Counted from the stretch's first letter, positions 1 through 10,187 are shown. The stretch is 56,795 nt of DNA from an uncultured Alphaproteobacteria bacterium (GCA_937903135.1 CALDAH010000011.1:1-56795); one strand, 5' to 3'. Translations and numbers: made by a program. Notes: generated by a model from the sequence alone, not told the origin.

Positions 1-24
1 TAAAAAAGCGGCAAAAACGCCGCA
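1..24 (-). terminator. Candidate rho-independent terminator downstream of the J-domain gene
   Basis: GC stem gcggc (8-12) / gccgc (19-23). The A-run at 2-7 on the + strand gives a U-run on the - strand. Confidence 0.35.
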
Positions 25-94
25 TTTACTTAATAATAATTATAACATATTTTACATTAAAAATCAATGGGTAAAACAGTGTCTGTGATAATGT

Positions 95-598
95 TTATTT
101 ACGGCCAAAATGTTTTTTAAGGATATCGTATGAGGCAGATATGCGCGCAAATTCACTGGCGGCGTTTTCTTTGTTCGCGGCGGTATCCGGGTGATGTTTT
201 TTTGCCAATGCGCGGTATTTTATCCCAACGTCGCGCCATGATGCGGTGATCGGCAGATTGAATATTTTCAGCGCAGACGTAACGTTCGCAGGCAGTGCGC
301 CGCGTGCAGGGCGTCGGTCAAATGTTGCCCGGCCGCTGATAAAATCATTTATAAATTTTGCATAATCCGCGGCATCGTTATTTGCCTGTTCTTTGTCCTT
401 TAATGGTGTGCCAAATGTATCGCGTTCCCATTCCTCTTCTATTTCATCCGGGGACATGTCAGCGTAGTAGTTCCAATTTTTATTATATTCGGCCGCGTGA
501 TCACGACAGAAAAACCAGTAGTCTTTTAATTCACGCGATTTCGGGGCGCGACAAGTGCCCGCCTTGGTGCAGCCGGGATGATCACATTTTTTTATCAT
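95..598 (-). CDS. J-domain (DnaJ-like) protein with an N-terminal Cys-rich segment
   Basis: C-terminal J-domain motif KYRALAKKHHPD. N-terminus is CDHPGC...C...FC..H. 167-aa ORF. Confidence 0.75.
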   Translation of the reverse strand: MIKKCDHPGCTKAGTCRAPKSRELKDYWFFCRDHAAEYNKNWNYYADMSPDEIEEEWERDTFGTPLKDKEQANNDAADYAKFINDFISGRATFDRRPARGALPANVTSALKIFNLPITASWRDVGIKYRALAKKHHPDTAANKENAASEFARISASYDILKKHFGRK

Positions 599-1460
599 TT
601 TTTATTATCCGTTTTTTTGCTAATGGGTGATGTTCTTCTATTGTTCGCCGCAGATGCGCAGATGTTACGTGCGTATATATCTGCGTGGTTGCAATATCCT
701 CGTGCCCAAGCATGGATTGAATCGCACGCAGGTTTGCACCCCCCGATAATAGGTGCGATGCAAACGAGTGACGCAGAACATGCGGGCTGACGCGTTCGGT
801 ATCAATTCCGGCCAAAAGCGCACACTTTTTTAAATTTTTAAAAAACGCGTCCCGGGTTATATGGCCCGCGGAACTGTTTGATGGGAATACATATTTTGAA
901 TCTGTTTTCCCGCGACAATCCATCCAGCGGGTAATTGCACGCTGGGCCGCTTCGTGCATTGGGACAATTCTTTCTTTTGCGCCTTTGCCGTGAATTAGTA
1001 AACGATTTTTTAATATCGCGGTTGTCGGCAGTTCGCATAGTTCCGATACGCGCAGCCCGGATGCATATAACAGTTCAATCATTGCACGCAGGCGAATAGA
1101 TGTTTTTATATCACCGGCCGATGATATTAGCAGATCAATCTCGTCCGTCGAGAGAAGCTTTGGCAGTGCCTGGTCGCGCTTTGGGTTATCAATCCCGATG
1201 GCGGGGTTGTGGCTGATAATCTTTTCCGTTAGTAAAAATTTATAATATCCGCGTATGGCACTGATTTTACGCGACAGGGATGATGAAACAACCGGGATGG
1301 ACGATAGATATTTTGCTAAATCGTCCGTTTTCGCATGCAGCAGACCATGCGGTAATGCCGCATCCGCCGCGGATAAATCCGACGCATATGCCGCAAGGGT
1401 TTTTTCACTGCGGCCCTTTTCCGCCGATAGGGCCTCTAAAAACAAATCTATATAATTCAT
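582..1460 (-). CDS. xerD: Tyrosine site-specific recombinase, XerC/XerD family (most like XerD)
   Basis: C-terminal HVLRHSFASHLL...LGHEDIATTQIYTHV and N-terminal SAEKGRSEKTLAAYASDL. Housekeeping context, with no att-like repeats seen. Confidence 0.8.
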   Translation of the reverse strand: MNYIDLFLEALSAEKGRSEKTLAAYASDLSAADAALPHGLLHAKTDDLAKYLSSIPVVSSSLSRKISAIRGYYKFLLTEKIISHNPAIGIDNPKRDQALPKLLSTDEIDLLISSAGDIKTSIRLRAMIELLYASGLRVSELCELPTTAILKNRLLIHGKGAKERIVPMHEAAQRAITRWMDCRGKTDSKYVFPSNSSAGHITRDAFFKNLKKCALLAGIDTERVSPHVLRHSFASHLLSGGANLRAIQSMLGHEDIATTQIYTHVTSAHLRRTIEEHHPLAKKRIIKNDKKM

Positions 1461-1591
1461 GGGAACAATACGATTTCTGTAACATGCTGCGCCGGTGGAA
1501 ATGATACTATCATTAATATTACCGTTATCGCAATTACGCTTATAATAATTATATTCCGGATACGAGGGTTCTTTTTCCGATGCAGTGGCAT
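1457..1591 (-). CDS. Small 44-aa single-TM protein, translationally coupled to xerD (ATGA overlap)
   Basis: Hand-translated as MPLHRKKNPRIRNIIIISVIAITVILMIVSFPPAQHVTEIVLFP. AAGGA lies upstream and the TGA overlaps the xerD ATG. It is below the ORF-track size cutoff. Confidence 0.35.
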   Translation of the reverse strand: MPLHRKKNPRIRNIIIISVIAITVILMIVSFPPAQHVTEIVLFP

Positions 1592-1607
1592 GATTATTCC
1601 TTTTGGT

Positions 1608-2678
1608 TTATATCGTATCAAAACTGGTTATAAATGTTCCCGCGGCTGCAATTATAATTAATGACGGTGCAACAATTGCCAGTAGCGGCGGCAGTGTTCC
1701 CGTCGCCCCCATGGCGTTGAACATATTTACCAAAAAGTATACAGCAAAACACGTAATTATTCCCAATGCAAATTTTATCCCAAAGCTATAGTTTCGGCGT
1801 TGACGCGTCTGGGAAAACGCAACGCCAAGGGTTGCCATCGCAATCATCGTTAGCGGTAAAAACAGCAGTGTCCAGAACTGAACCAGATGCCCGCGAACCG
1901 GGACGCCAATAGATTCCATTCGTTTAATAAATTCCGGTAAATCCCAAAATGAAATCTGATCCGGTTGCAGATAGCGATCCAATACAGTCTGGGGATTTAA
2001 TCGGGTTTGAATATGCCACGGGCCGGGCCGCATTACGCCACTGGAATTCCATACCTGCGCCGAATCCGTACCAAGTCCCGCGTCGGATAATGTAACTGTT
2101 CGGGCCTCTATGCGTTCGGTAAGCTTAAACTCGGCATCTTGGATAAAAATTGTTGCGTTTTCAAAATCCAGTCCCGCGGCCGATTTATGCATAGCGTTCG
2201 CCATCATCGTTATATAACCGTTATCCGATGATTCACGCAGCCATATCGCGTCGTCTACCAGCTGCAGATGATCCGTTGTGATATTCTGGGTGCTAAGATT
2301 AACCGAATACGGGTTTATTACAGTCGTCGCAAAAATACCGATCAGGGCCGCACTGATTAAAAACGGTCGTGCGGACTGATACGGCGACAGCCCGGCACTG
2401 GCGACAATAATATTCTCGCTGGATTTGGTAAGGTTATATGACGCCAGAAGTGTCCCCATAAACACAGCCATTGGTAGAAATAGCGGCATATATTCCAATA
2501 ACCGCATCCATGAATCCATAATTGCGGCCATCGCGGTTGGGTTTGACGGTAAACGTTCTACAAATGTTACCGCCATTATTATTCCGCATACGACTAATAA
2601 AACCAGTCCTACGCCGGAAAAAAATCGCCGCATTAAAAATCGGGTTAAAATATTTAATCTAAACATATTATTGGCCAT
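1608..2678 (-). CDS. LPS export ABC permease, LptF/LptG (YjgP/YjgQ) family
   Basis: 356 aa. N-terminal LTRFLMRRFF, multiple TM segments flanking a large central soluble domain, typical size. Confidence 0.7.
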   Translation of the reverse strand: MANNMFRLNILTRFLMRRFFSGVGLVLLVVCGIIMAVTFVERLPSNPTAMAAIMDSWMRLLEYMPLFLPMAVFMGTLLASYNLTKSSENIIVASAGLSPYQSARPFLISAALIGIFATTVINPYSVNLSTQNITTDHLQLVDDAIWLRESSDNGYITMMANAMHKSAAGLDFENATIFIQDAEFKLTERIEARTVTLSDAGLGTDSAQVWNSSGVMRPGPWHIQTRLNPQTVLDRYLQPDQISFWDLPEFIKRMESIGVPVRGHLVQFWTLLFLPLTMIAMATLGVAFSQTRQRRNYSFGIKFALGIITCFAVYFLVNMFNAMGATGTLPPLLAIVAPSLIIIAAAGTFITSFDTI

Positions 2679-2722
2679 TATATAGTATATATAAATAAAA
2701 GTATATATTGTTCATTTGGTAA

Positions 2723-2750
2723 TTGCAAAATTAAAATGAATGCTTATAAT
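2723..2750 (+). promoter_or_regulatory. Sigma70-like promoter candidate for greA
   Basis: TTGCAA (2723-2728), 16-nt spacer, TATAAT (2745-2750), 28 nt before the greA ATG. Confidence 0.45.
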
Positions 2751-2778
2751 TTCACCAAATAATCAATAGGATAAGGAT

Positions 2779-3246
2779 ATGGAAAAGAAACCAATTTCAC
2801 GGGCCGGATTTGATAAACTGATCGAGGAGCTGAAAGATCTAAAAGAAGTTCAGCGCCCGGATATATTAAAGACTGTACAGTGGGCACGATCCTTAGGGGA
2901 TTTATCGGAAAATGCAGATTATAGCGCGGCCCGTGAACGTCAGCGTCAGATTGATAAACGAATTCAGTTCATAGAAGGGGTTATTGAAAACGCGGCCGTA
3001 ATTGATATTGACAGCCTTAGCGGGGATCGCGTTGTTTTCGGGGCACTTGTTACCGCCGAAGACGAGGATGGAAATAAAATGCAATGTCGTATTTTATCCG
3101 ATATTGAATCAGACGGGAAAACGGTTATATCGTGCACATCCCCCGTCGGACGCGCCATGATCGGGCGATGCGTTGGGGATACGTGTATGGTTAAATTACC
3201 CGGCGGCGAAAAAGAATACGAAATCTTAGAAGTTAAATTTAAATAG
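2779..3246 (+). CDS. greA: Transcription elongation factor GreA
   Basis: 155 aa with LGDLSENADYSAARERQ and a C-terminal GreA/B domain. Confidence 0.93.
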   Translation: MEKKPISRAGFDKLIEELKDLKEVQRPDILKTVQWARSLGDLSENADYSAARERQRQIDKRIQFIEGVIENAAVIDIDSLSGDRVVFGALVTAEDEDGNKMQCRILSDIESDGKTVISCTSPVGRAMIGRCVGDTCMVKLPGGEKEYEILEVKFK

Positions 3247-5034
3247 TTGTTACCGATGGCAGTTCGCGTTTTACCAGAATTTTTAATTAATCAAATTGCC
3301 GCCGGCGAGGTAGTAGAACGCCCGGCAAGTGTCGTAAAGGAACTGGTTGAAAACGCACTGGATGCCGGCGCAGATCAGATTGTAATTGATGTTACCGACG
3401 GTGGGCGGACACGTATATCTGTTATGGATAATGGGCGCGGTATGTCGCGCGATGATCTGTCGCGGGCGGTTCTGCGACATGCGACGTCTAAATTACCGGA
3501 TGATGATTTATTAAATATTAATTTTATGGGATTTCGCGGCGAAGCGTTACCATCAATCGCAAGTGTATCGGATATGACAATTGATACATGCAACGGGGCC
3601 GATCCGCATGGATGGGTGCTGGACGCAAATACCGGTGATATTCGCCCATCCGCCTGGGAGGCGGGAACACGCATTCGCGTGGAAAATCTGTTCGCGAAAA
3701 CCCCGGCACGGTTAAAGTTTTTACGTGGCGATCGGGCCGAGATGATGTTTGTATTAGATGTTGTTAAACGGCTGGCGATGGCGCGTCCGGATGTCGGGTT
3801 TGTTTTAAACAATAAATGGCGTTTCCCAAAAGATGATGATATGGCCGCACGTATCGCGGCAGTTATGGGAACAGATGTATCGGGGCGAATGATTGAAATC
3901 GCCGCAACATCATCGTCCGGATCGGATTTAGCGTTGCACGGATTTATATCCGAACCGACGCTGCGTCGTGCATCGTCTGTGGATCAGTATTTATTTGTAA
4001 ACGGTCGCCCGGTAAAGGATAAGGTTTTGGTCGGTGCGCTGCGGGCGGCATATATGGATGTTATGCATGCGCGTGAATTCCCGCTGTGCGCACTGTATCT
4101 TACGCTGGATCCGCGTAATGTAGATGTAAATGTTTCCCCGGCCAAGACCGAGGTGCATTTTCTTGAACCGTCGCATGTTCGGGCGTTTATTATTAAATCA
4201 TTGCGTGATGCGTTGGCAAAAACGATTGTGGCGACGGCGGCCGTGCCGGTGTCCGCGCCGCGTATGCCGTATGTTGCACCGGATGTTGCCCCGCGGCCGC
4301 AGGCGATAAATTTTAATATCCCGCCGGCCCGGGTTTCCGATCGCCCGGGAAATGCTTTTAATTCTGTATTCGCATCATTTACATCCCAGGCGGCCGCGCC
4401 AACTGTTGCGCCGGCCCGGGCGCATGATAACGCGGACGTATCTATGGGGGACGCGCCGTCTGCGTCGGCGATGCCACTTGGGCGCGTAATTGGCCAGATT
4501 GGAAATAAATATATTTTATCGGCCGCGGGTGAAAATCTGGTAATCACGGATCAGCATGCGGCGCATGAACGTATTACATATGAACGGCTGCGTGCGCATA
4601 GTATTAAGGTTCAGCCGCTGCTATCGCCGATTGTAATTCAGATGCGCGCAGAAGATGTTGCCGCCGTTTTAACCGTCGCGAACGATATGAAATCGGCCGG
4701 GCTGGCGATTGATGCGTTCGGCGATGATGCAATTGCGATTTTTGAAAAACCGGCCGACTGGGATCTGAACTGGGCGGATATGTTTCATGCCATCGCCGAC
4801 GAGGTGCGCTGCCATGGGCATTCGTCACAGTTGGCCGAACGGCTGCATTTGAAATTAGCAAACTATGCATGTCATCATTCGGTTCGCGCCGGCCAGAAAC
4901 TGGATATCGCCGGGATGGATGCATTACTGCGTGATATTGAACGAACACAGCGCGGCGGCGAATGTAATCATGGTCGGCCGGTGTATAAATTTATTCCGAT
5001 AACGGAACTAGACGGCTGGTTCGAACGGATTTAA
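3247..5034 (+). CDS. mutL: DNA mismatch repair protein MutL
   Basis: N-terminal NQIAAGEVVERPASVVKELVENALDAG (GHKL ATPase). C-terminal QHAAHERI and CNHGRP motifs. TTG start at 3247, or ATG at 3256. Confidence 0.93.
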   Translation: MLPMAVRVLPEFLINQIAAGEVVERPASVVKELVENALDAGADQIVIDVTDGGRTRISVMDNGRGMSRDDLSRAVLRHATSKLPDDDLLNINFMGFRGEALPSIASVSDMTIDTCNGADPHGWVLDANTGDIRPSAWEAGTRIRVENLFAKTPARLKFLRGDRAEMMFVLDVVKRLAMARPDVGFVLNNKWRFPKDDDMAARIAAVMGTDVSGRMIEIAATSSSGSDLALHGFISEPTLRRASSVDQYLFVNGRPVKDKVLVGALRAAYMDVMHAREFPLCALYLTLDPRNVDVNVSPAKTEVHFLEPSHVRAFIIKSLRDALAKTIVATAAVPVSAPRMPYVAPDVAPRPQAINFNIPPARVSDRPGNAFNSVFASFTSQAAAPTVAPARAHDNADVSMGDAPSASAMPLGRVIGQIGNKYILSAAGENLVITDQHAAHERITYERLRAHSIKVQPLLSPIVIQMRAEDVAAVLTVANDMKSAGLAIDAFGDDAIAIFEKPADWDLNWADMFHAIADEVRCHGHSSQLAERLHLKLANYACHHSVRAGQKLDIAGMDALLRDIERTQRGGECNHGRPVYKFIPITELDGWFERI

Positions 5035-5118
5035 TTTTCCCTGTCATTCTGTGTTTTTTGCCTTTACACTTGGCGGTTTTTTTACTATTGTAAAACCATA
5101 ATAAACAAGGAGAAAATT

Positions 5119-5421
5119 ATGGAACAGGCAGCAGTTGTTGTTGATAATGCAGTTAGCGCAGCACCTAAAAACGATTGGTGGGGAATGCTGTTATACTGTT
5201 TGGTTGTATTTGGAATTATATATATTTTCATGGTTCGTCCGAATAAAAAACGCATGGCGGAATATCAGAAAATGATTGATTCCATGCAGGTTGGAAATCG
5301 CGTAATGGCCGGCGGTATATATGGCGTTATTAAAAAAATTAACGATAAAACCATTGATGTTGAAATCGCCAAAGGCGTTGTAGTTGAGGTTAATAAAAAC
5401 GCCGTCGCAACAGTTGAATAA
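5119..5421 (+). CDS. yajC: Preprotein translocase subunit YajC
   Basis: 100 aa, one TM segment, VGNRVMAGGIYGVIKKI motif. GGAG lies upstream and secDF follows. Confidence 0.9.
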   Translation: MEQAAVVVDNAVSAAPKNDWWGMLLYCLVVFGIIYIFMVRPNKKRMAEYQKMIDSMQVGNRVMAGGIYGVIKKINDKTIDVEIAKGVVVEVNKNAVATVE

Positions 5422-5434
5422 AAGGGTATGTGGT

Positions 5435-6988
5435 ATGTTTAAAAAACTGGGAATAATTTTTGTCGCAGTATTTTGTGTTTTGTTGGCTGTCCCAACGATG
5501 CTGCCGGGGATGGCATCGCATTTTCCGTCATGGATTCAGCCGATCCCGCTGGGCCTGGATTTAAAGGGCGGGGCACAGTTGTTATTAGAGGTTGATACCG
5601 ATACAATGCTGCGTGAAAAATCTGCGCAGTTATACGAAGAAACGCGCAGTGCATTAATTGATCGCGGACGCGGTGTTATTCGTTTTTCATCACTGCGTAA
5701 TGCCGATGGTGTTGTATCGTTCGTTGTTCGCGACCCGGACGAGGTGTCAAGCGCCCGCGGTCGGTTAAAAAGTGTTTTGGGCAATACGGTTGATATAACC
5801 GCGGATGGTGAAACGATAACATTGTCGTATTCGGAAAAACAAAAACAGGAAATGGTATCAGATGCGCTGGCGCGCAGTATTGAAATTGTTCGCCGTCGTA
5901 TTGATGCTCTTGGGACAAAAGAACCATCTATTCAGACCCAGGGCGGGAAATATATCCTGGTTCAGCTGCCGGGCGTTGATAACCCTGAGCATATAAAAGA
6001 ACTTATCGGACAGACGGCAAAAATGACATTTCATTTGGTAAATGAAAACGTCAGTGCCGACCAGATGGCCGCGGGGCGTGCGCCGGCCGGGACTGTATTT
6101 ATGCCGTTTATGGATGCGCCGGATCAAAAAATCCCGGTTTATTCACGCATAGAAGTATCTGGGGAATCGTTAAAAGACTCGCAGGCGTCATACGATCAAA
6201 ATAATATGCCGGTTGTTACAACCGCATTTGATGCAACCGGTGCGCGCCGTTTTGCAAAGCTTACGACCGAACACGTTGGTGAACGCTTTGCGATCGTTCT
6301 GGACGGCAAGGTTTTATCGGCCCCGTCTATTCGTGAACCGATCCCGGGGGGCAAGGGCCAGATATCCGGCGGATTTACGCTGCAGGGCGCAAAAGATTTG
6401 GCAGTTTTACTGCGCAGCGGCGCGTTGCCGGCCCCGTTGCAGGTAATAGAAGAACGGACCGTCGGTGCCGGTCTGGGGGCGGATACAATCGCGTCGGGTA
6501 AAATCGGATCTGCGGTTGGCGTATTGTTCGTTATTATTTTCATGATATTTATGTACCGCGGATTTGGTGTAATCGCCGATATCGTTTTGCTGGTAAATTT
6601 AGCGATGATTATCGGTATATCCGCGTTATTCGGGGCGACGCTGACGCTGCCCGGGATTGCGGGTATCGTGTTAACGCTGGGGATGGCGGTGGATGCGAAT
6701 ATTTTACCGTTTGAACGTATTCGCGACGAAGTGCGCGCCGGCGTTCCGACACTGCGCGCGGTAAATCTGGGCTTTGCCCGGTCAACAAAAACCGTATTGG
6801 ATGGGAATTTAACAAATCTTATCTGTTCGTTGATTTTGTTCCAATTTGGTGCCGGTCCAATTCGCGGGTTTGCTGTAACGCTGTCTATTGGTGTTGTAAC
6901 AACGCTGTTTACGTGTCTGCTGCTGTCAAAGGTTTTAATTGACTGGTATATGAACGGAAAAAATAAAAAAATTGGTTATATTAAATAA
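5435..6988 (+). CDS. secD: Protein translocase subunit SecD
   Basis: LGLDLKGG motif, large periplasmic domain and C-terminal 6-TM block. Start moved to the ATG at 5435 (MFKKLGIIF) to remove the overlap with yajC. Confidence 0.92.
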   Translation: MFKKLGIIFVAVFCVLLAVPTMLPGMASHFPSWIQPIPLGLDLKGGAQLLLEVDTDTMLREKSAQLYEETRSALIDRGRGVIRFSSLRNADGVVSFVVRDPDEVSSARGRLKSVLGNTVDITADGETITLSYSEKQKQEMVSDALARSIEIVRRRIDALGTKEPSIQTQGGKYILVQLPGVDNPEHIKELIGQTAKMTFHLVNENVSADQMAAGRAPAGTVFMPFMDAPDQKIPVYSRIEVSGESLKDSQASYDQNNMPVVTTAFDATGARRFAKLTTEHVGERFAIVLDGKVLSAPSIREPIPGGKGQISGGFTLQGAKDLAVLLRSGALPAPLQVIEERTVGAGLGADTIASGKIGSAVGVLFVIIFMIFMYRGFGVIADIVLLVNLAMIIGISALFGATLTLPGIAGIVLTLGMAVDANILPFERIRDEVRAGVPTLRAVNLGFARSTKTVLDGNLTNLICSLILFQFGAGPIRGFAVTLSIGVVTTLFTCLLLSKVLIDWYMNGKNKKIGYIK

Positions 6989-7007
6989 AGATGCAAAGGG
7001 GATATAA

Positions 7008-7871
7008 ATGAAACTGCATTTTATGAAATACCGTAAACTGTCATACTGGATATCCGGTATATTGGTGGCACTGTCTATTGTGTCGCTGGCAACGCGCGGA
7101 TTAAACTATGGTATTGACTTTGCCGGTGGAATCTCAATGGAGGTTACGCCCGTATCCGCCGACTATACAATTGACAAGATGCGTTCCGCATTGGCGCAAT
7201 TTAGCCCGGAACTGCAGTCGGTTGATGGAAATGCGATATTAATTCGCGTCGGACTGCCAAAGGGCGCAAGTGATACCGAACAAAATACACGCGTTCGCGA
7301 GATAAAGGATATCCTGGGCAATAACGTTGAATATTCCCAGGTTCAAATCGTCGGCCCAAAAATCGGTGGCGAGCTGGTTCGTGGCGGTATTTTAGCTATT
7401 CTGGTATCGTTCGTTTTGATGAGTGTTTATATCTGGATTCGTTATCGCGGTGGCTATGCGGTCGGGTCGTTCGTTTCGCTGGTTTTGGACTTTATTTTAA
7501 TTTTCGGATTCTTTTCCGTTGTCGGGCTGGAATTTAACCAAACGTCTATTGCGGTAATATTGATGGGTATCGGATACTCTATTAACGACAAGGTTGTAAA
7601 CTATGACCGTATTGATGAAAATATTAAAAAGTATCACAAAATGCCTATGAGTGATTTAATAGACCTGTCAATTAATGAAATGCTGCATCGTACGGTTATG
7701 ACCAGTGTTTCAACAATTTTAGCTATGGTCGGGTTATATATGTTCGGGGGCGCACTGCTGCAGGATTTTGCAATTGCGATGACGTTCTCTATTGTAATGG
7801 GGACACTTACAAGTATTTATATCTCGAACGTTATTTTGTATCACTTTAACCTGCGCGATACGAAATATTAA
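7008..7871 (+). CDS. secF: Protein translocase subunit SecF
   Basis: 287 aa with GIDFAGG motif and SecD/F TM block, immediately downstream of secD. Confidence 0.92.
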   Translation: MKLHFMKYRKLSYWISGILVALSIVSLATRGLNYGIDFAGGISMEVTPVSADYTIDKMRSALAQFSPELQSVDGNAILIRVGLPKGASDTEQNTRVREIKDILGNNVEYSQVQIVGPKIGGELVRGGILAILVSFVLMSVYIWIRYRGGYAVGSFVSLVLDFILIFGFFSVVGLEFNQTSIAVILMGIGYSINDKVVNYDRIDENIKKYHKMPMSDLIDLSINEMLHRTVMTSVSTILAMVGLYMFGGALLQDFAIAMTFSIVMGTLTSIYISNVILYHFNLRDTKY

Positions 7872-7905
7872 TAATCACGCCGCCATAAAGAACGGGGGGA
7901 TTAAT

Positions 7906-9414
7906 ATGATCGGATTAAAAAAAATATTTATATCTATATTGTTCTGTATGGCGGCCAGTATGGCATACGGGGAAAGCTTGTTTTATGAAGACGAGCCTGT
8001 TCGTGACGGTATAAACGTATTTAATGTATCCGATACATTTGCGGATATTTATGAAAAGCTGGCGGGCGTAAATTGGGGCGGGAAAAATATTAACATCGCC
8101 ATAGAAAGCCTGGAAAAGCTAAACCCGAATGCCCACGTCGCGGCGACGGATGAACGGGTTGTTCTGGTCTGGGGGGATTCAATTATTGCGAACTATCCGC
8201 GTCCGGCGTTTGCCGATTGGAAAGGCTTTGGCGAGATTACAACGGCGCTGCTGTTAAAGCTGCGTGAATACGATCCGGCCCTGCGCGGCCTTAGCGAAAG
8301 CGAGCTGTATCAGAACGTGGTTTCTGTATTAATGCAGGGGATAGATGAAAACGGTCGCTATATTTTCTCGCGTCAGGCCGAGACCAGCGAAGACGGCCGT
8401 ATTTTAACAACGGTTGGTATTACAGGCGCACGTGACGGGCGGGGAAATTTTCGCGTTCATGGCATTTTCAAGGGCGCACCCGCCGACGTGGCCGGCATTC
8501 ATCCCGGGGATATAATTTCCACGATTAACGGCCGGGCGGTATCTAAAATATCGGATTGGGAATTAGAATCTGTTTTATCCGGCTATAACTCTGGGACATC
8601 TAAAATAAAACTATTAACGCCGTCGGGCGATCGTGATGTTGTTTTGCGCCGGGCGACGGTCGTTTTGGCCGATACAGATGTTATTCATCGCAGCAACCCT
8701 GATACCGGCGGGATATTAGAAATTGTCGTTCATAATATATCCGATAACGCCGTCGGAATTATTAACGAAGCGTTGGCGAAATACGATTCCCTGTCGGGGA
8801 TTATATTGGATCTGCGCGCGACAACCGGTGATGACGAACGGGCGGCGGCAAAAATGGCCGGGCTGTTTATCGGGCCAATGCCTGCAATGCGAATTGTTGA
8901 AACTGCCCGCGACGAGGTAGAGGTTGTCCCCGGCGGTGCGGCGGTAACAGATGCGCCAATGGTTGTTTTAATGTCCAATATGACCCGCGGCACGGCCGAG
9001 GCTTTGGCCGGCGCAATTTATGAAAACGAACGCGGCGTGTTGGTCGGAACGCCTACGGCCGGGGCGGCGCGTATTGCATCGCGGATTGATTTAAATAACG
9101 GTGGTGCGTTGGAATTGCTTAACAAATCAATTAAAACGGGGAAGGGGCGCGCTATTGACGGACGCGGAATTTTCCCGATTGTATGTCTGTCGAATATCCG
9201 AACCGAACAGCAGAGGGATGTATTCTTTTTAAATGTTATAAATAATAATTTTAATGCCCAGGATTTTAACAAAGACGAAGATATCGCCCCGGATGTTATT
9301 CGTCGTGGTTGCCCTACGATTACCAGTGGCGCAGACGAAGACGCCGTGGCCGCAGCTGTGGCGGTAAAGATTTTAACGGATAAAAAGGTTTATAATAACC
9401 TTGTTGCGCAATAG
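7906..9414 (+). CDS. S41 (C-terminal processing peptidase) family protein with a PDZ domain; catalytic dyad apparently substituted
   Basis: Signal peptide. PDZ-like FKGAPADVAGIHPGDIISTINGRAV. S41 core LMSNMTRGTAEALAGAI...LVGTPTAGAARI. Confidence 0.75.
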   Translation: MIGLKKIFISILFCMAASMAYGESLFYEDEPVRDGINVFNVSDTFADIYEKLAGVNWGGKNINIAIESLEKLNPNAHVAATDERVVLVWGDSIIANYPRPAFADWKGFGEITTALLLKLREYDPALRGLSESELYQNVVSVLMQGIDENGRYIFSRQAETSEDGRILTTVGITGARDGRGNFRVHGIFKGAPADVAGIHPGDIISTINGRAVSKISDWELESVLSGYNSGTSKIKLLTPSGDRDVVLRRATVVLADTDVIHRSNPDTGGILEIVVHNISDNAVGIINEALAKYDSLSGIILDLRATTGDDERAAAKMAGLFIGPMPAMRIVETARDEVEVVPGGAAVTDAPMVVLMSNMTRGTAEALAGAIYENERGVLVGTPTAGAARIASRIDLNNGGALELLNKSIKTGKGRAIDGRGIFPIVCLSNIRTEQQRDVFFLNVINNNFNAQDFNKDEDIAPDVIRRGCPTITSGADEDAVAAAVAVKILTDKKVYNNLVAQ

Positions 9415-9436
9415 TTAAATATAAGGGGCGGGCATA

Positions 9437-10129
9437 ATGTTTTTAACACCTGATAATAAAATTAGATGGAAGCTGTTGGGAATATCAACAATATTTGTCG
9501 TTCTGATTATATTGGCGGGTGTGTTATGGTTTGATAAACCGCTGTTCTTGTTTATTCGTGGTTTTTATAGTGTTAAATTTTCGCTTTTCGGTGAGATTTT
9601 TTCATATAAAAATTGGTTACTGGTATCCGCTTTTATATCTGTGATGTTTTATCTGAAAAAAACACTAGATTCAGGGGACAATTTCAAAAAAATAACAAAA
9701 CGCTTTGCAATTGGTGCTTTTTTAGAAGATTTTCTGCAAAAAACAAAGACTAGTTATGCGTTTTTTATATTTTGCTCTGTCTTTTTCGCGTGTGCGGTAA
9801 TCGGTGTGTTAAAGGTGCTTATTGGGCGCGCCCGGCCAGTGTTATTCGAGGCACTGGATATCACGGGATTTTATCCGCCGTCGTTTGACTGGGTATTTAA
9901 TTCCATGCCATCGGGCCATGCCACGGCAACGTTTGCGGGACTGGTTATGCTGGGGCTGTTGATGCCGCGGGCAAAACCGTTTACGTGGACGTTGGCAACC
10001 GTGGTTGGATTGTCCCGGGTTGTGGCCGGGGCGCATTGGCCGACGGATGTTATTTTAGGGGCATTTGTCGGAATGGTCGCCGCAGATTTAACCAAGGCAT
10101 TTTTAAAATCACGATATCTAAGGTTTTAA
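9437..10129 (+). CDS. PAP2-family membrane phosphatase
   Basis: KVLIGRARP, PSGHATATFAG and SRVVAGAHWPTDV, the three PAP2 motifs. Multi-TM. Confidence 0.82.
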   Translation: MFLTPDNKIRWKLLGISTIFVVLIILAGVLWFDKPLFLFIRGFYSVKFSLFGEIFSYKNWLLVSAFISVMFYLKKTLDSGDNFKKITKRFAIGAFLEDFLQKTKTSYAFFIFCSVFFACAVIGVLKVLIGRARPVLFEALDITGFYPPSFDWVFNSMPSGHATATFAGLVMLGLLMPRAKPFTWTLATVVGLSRVVAGAHWPTDVILGAFVGMVAADLTKAFLKSRYLRF

Positions 10130-10136
10130 AACATTG

Positions 10137-10159
10137 GCATCCCGGGGGATGCTTTTTTT
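10137..10159 (+). terminator. Rho-independent terminator after the PAP2 gene
   Basis: gcatcc/ggatgc stem followed by T7 (10153-10159). Confidence 0.6.
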
Positions 10160-10187
10160 ATTAATTTGAACTTTTTTCCGACCTGAA

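Noticed and set aside
582-1460. The tyrosine recombinase, considered as the integrase of a mobile element or prophage.
   Set aside because: It has the XerD-type N-terminal and C-terminal motifs and sits in a housekeeping context (J-domain gene, lptF/G, greA). No flanking direct repeats, tRNA target or phage genes were seen.
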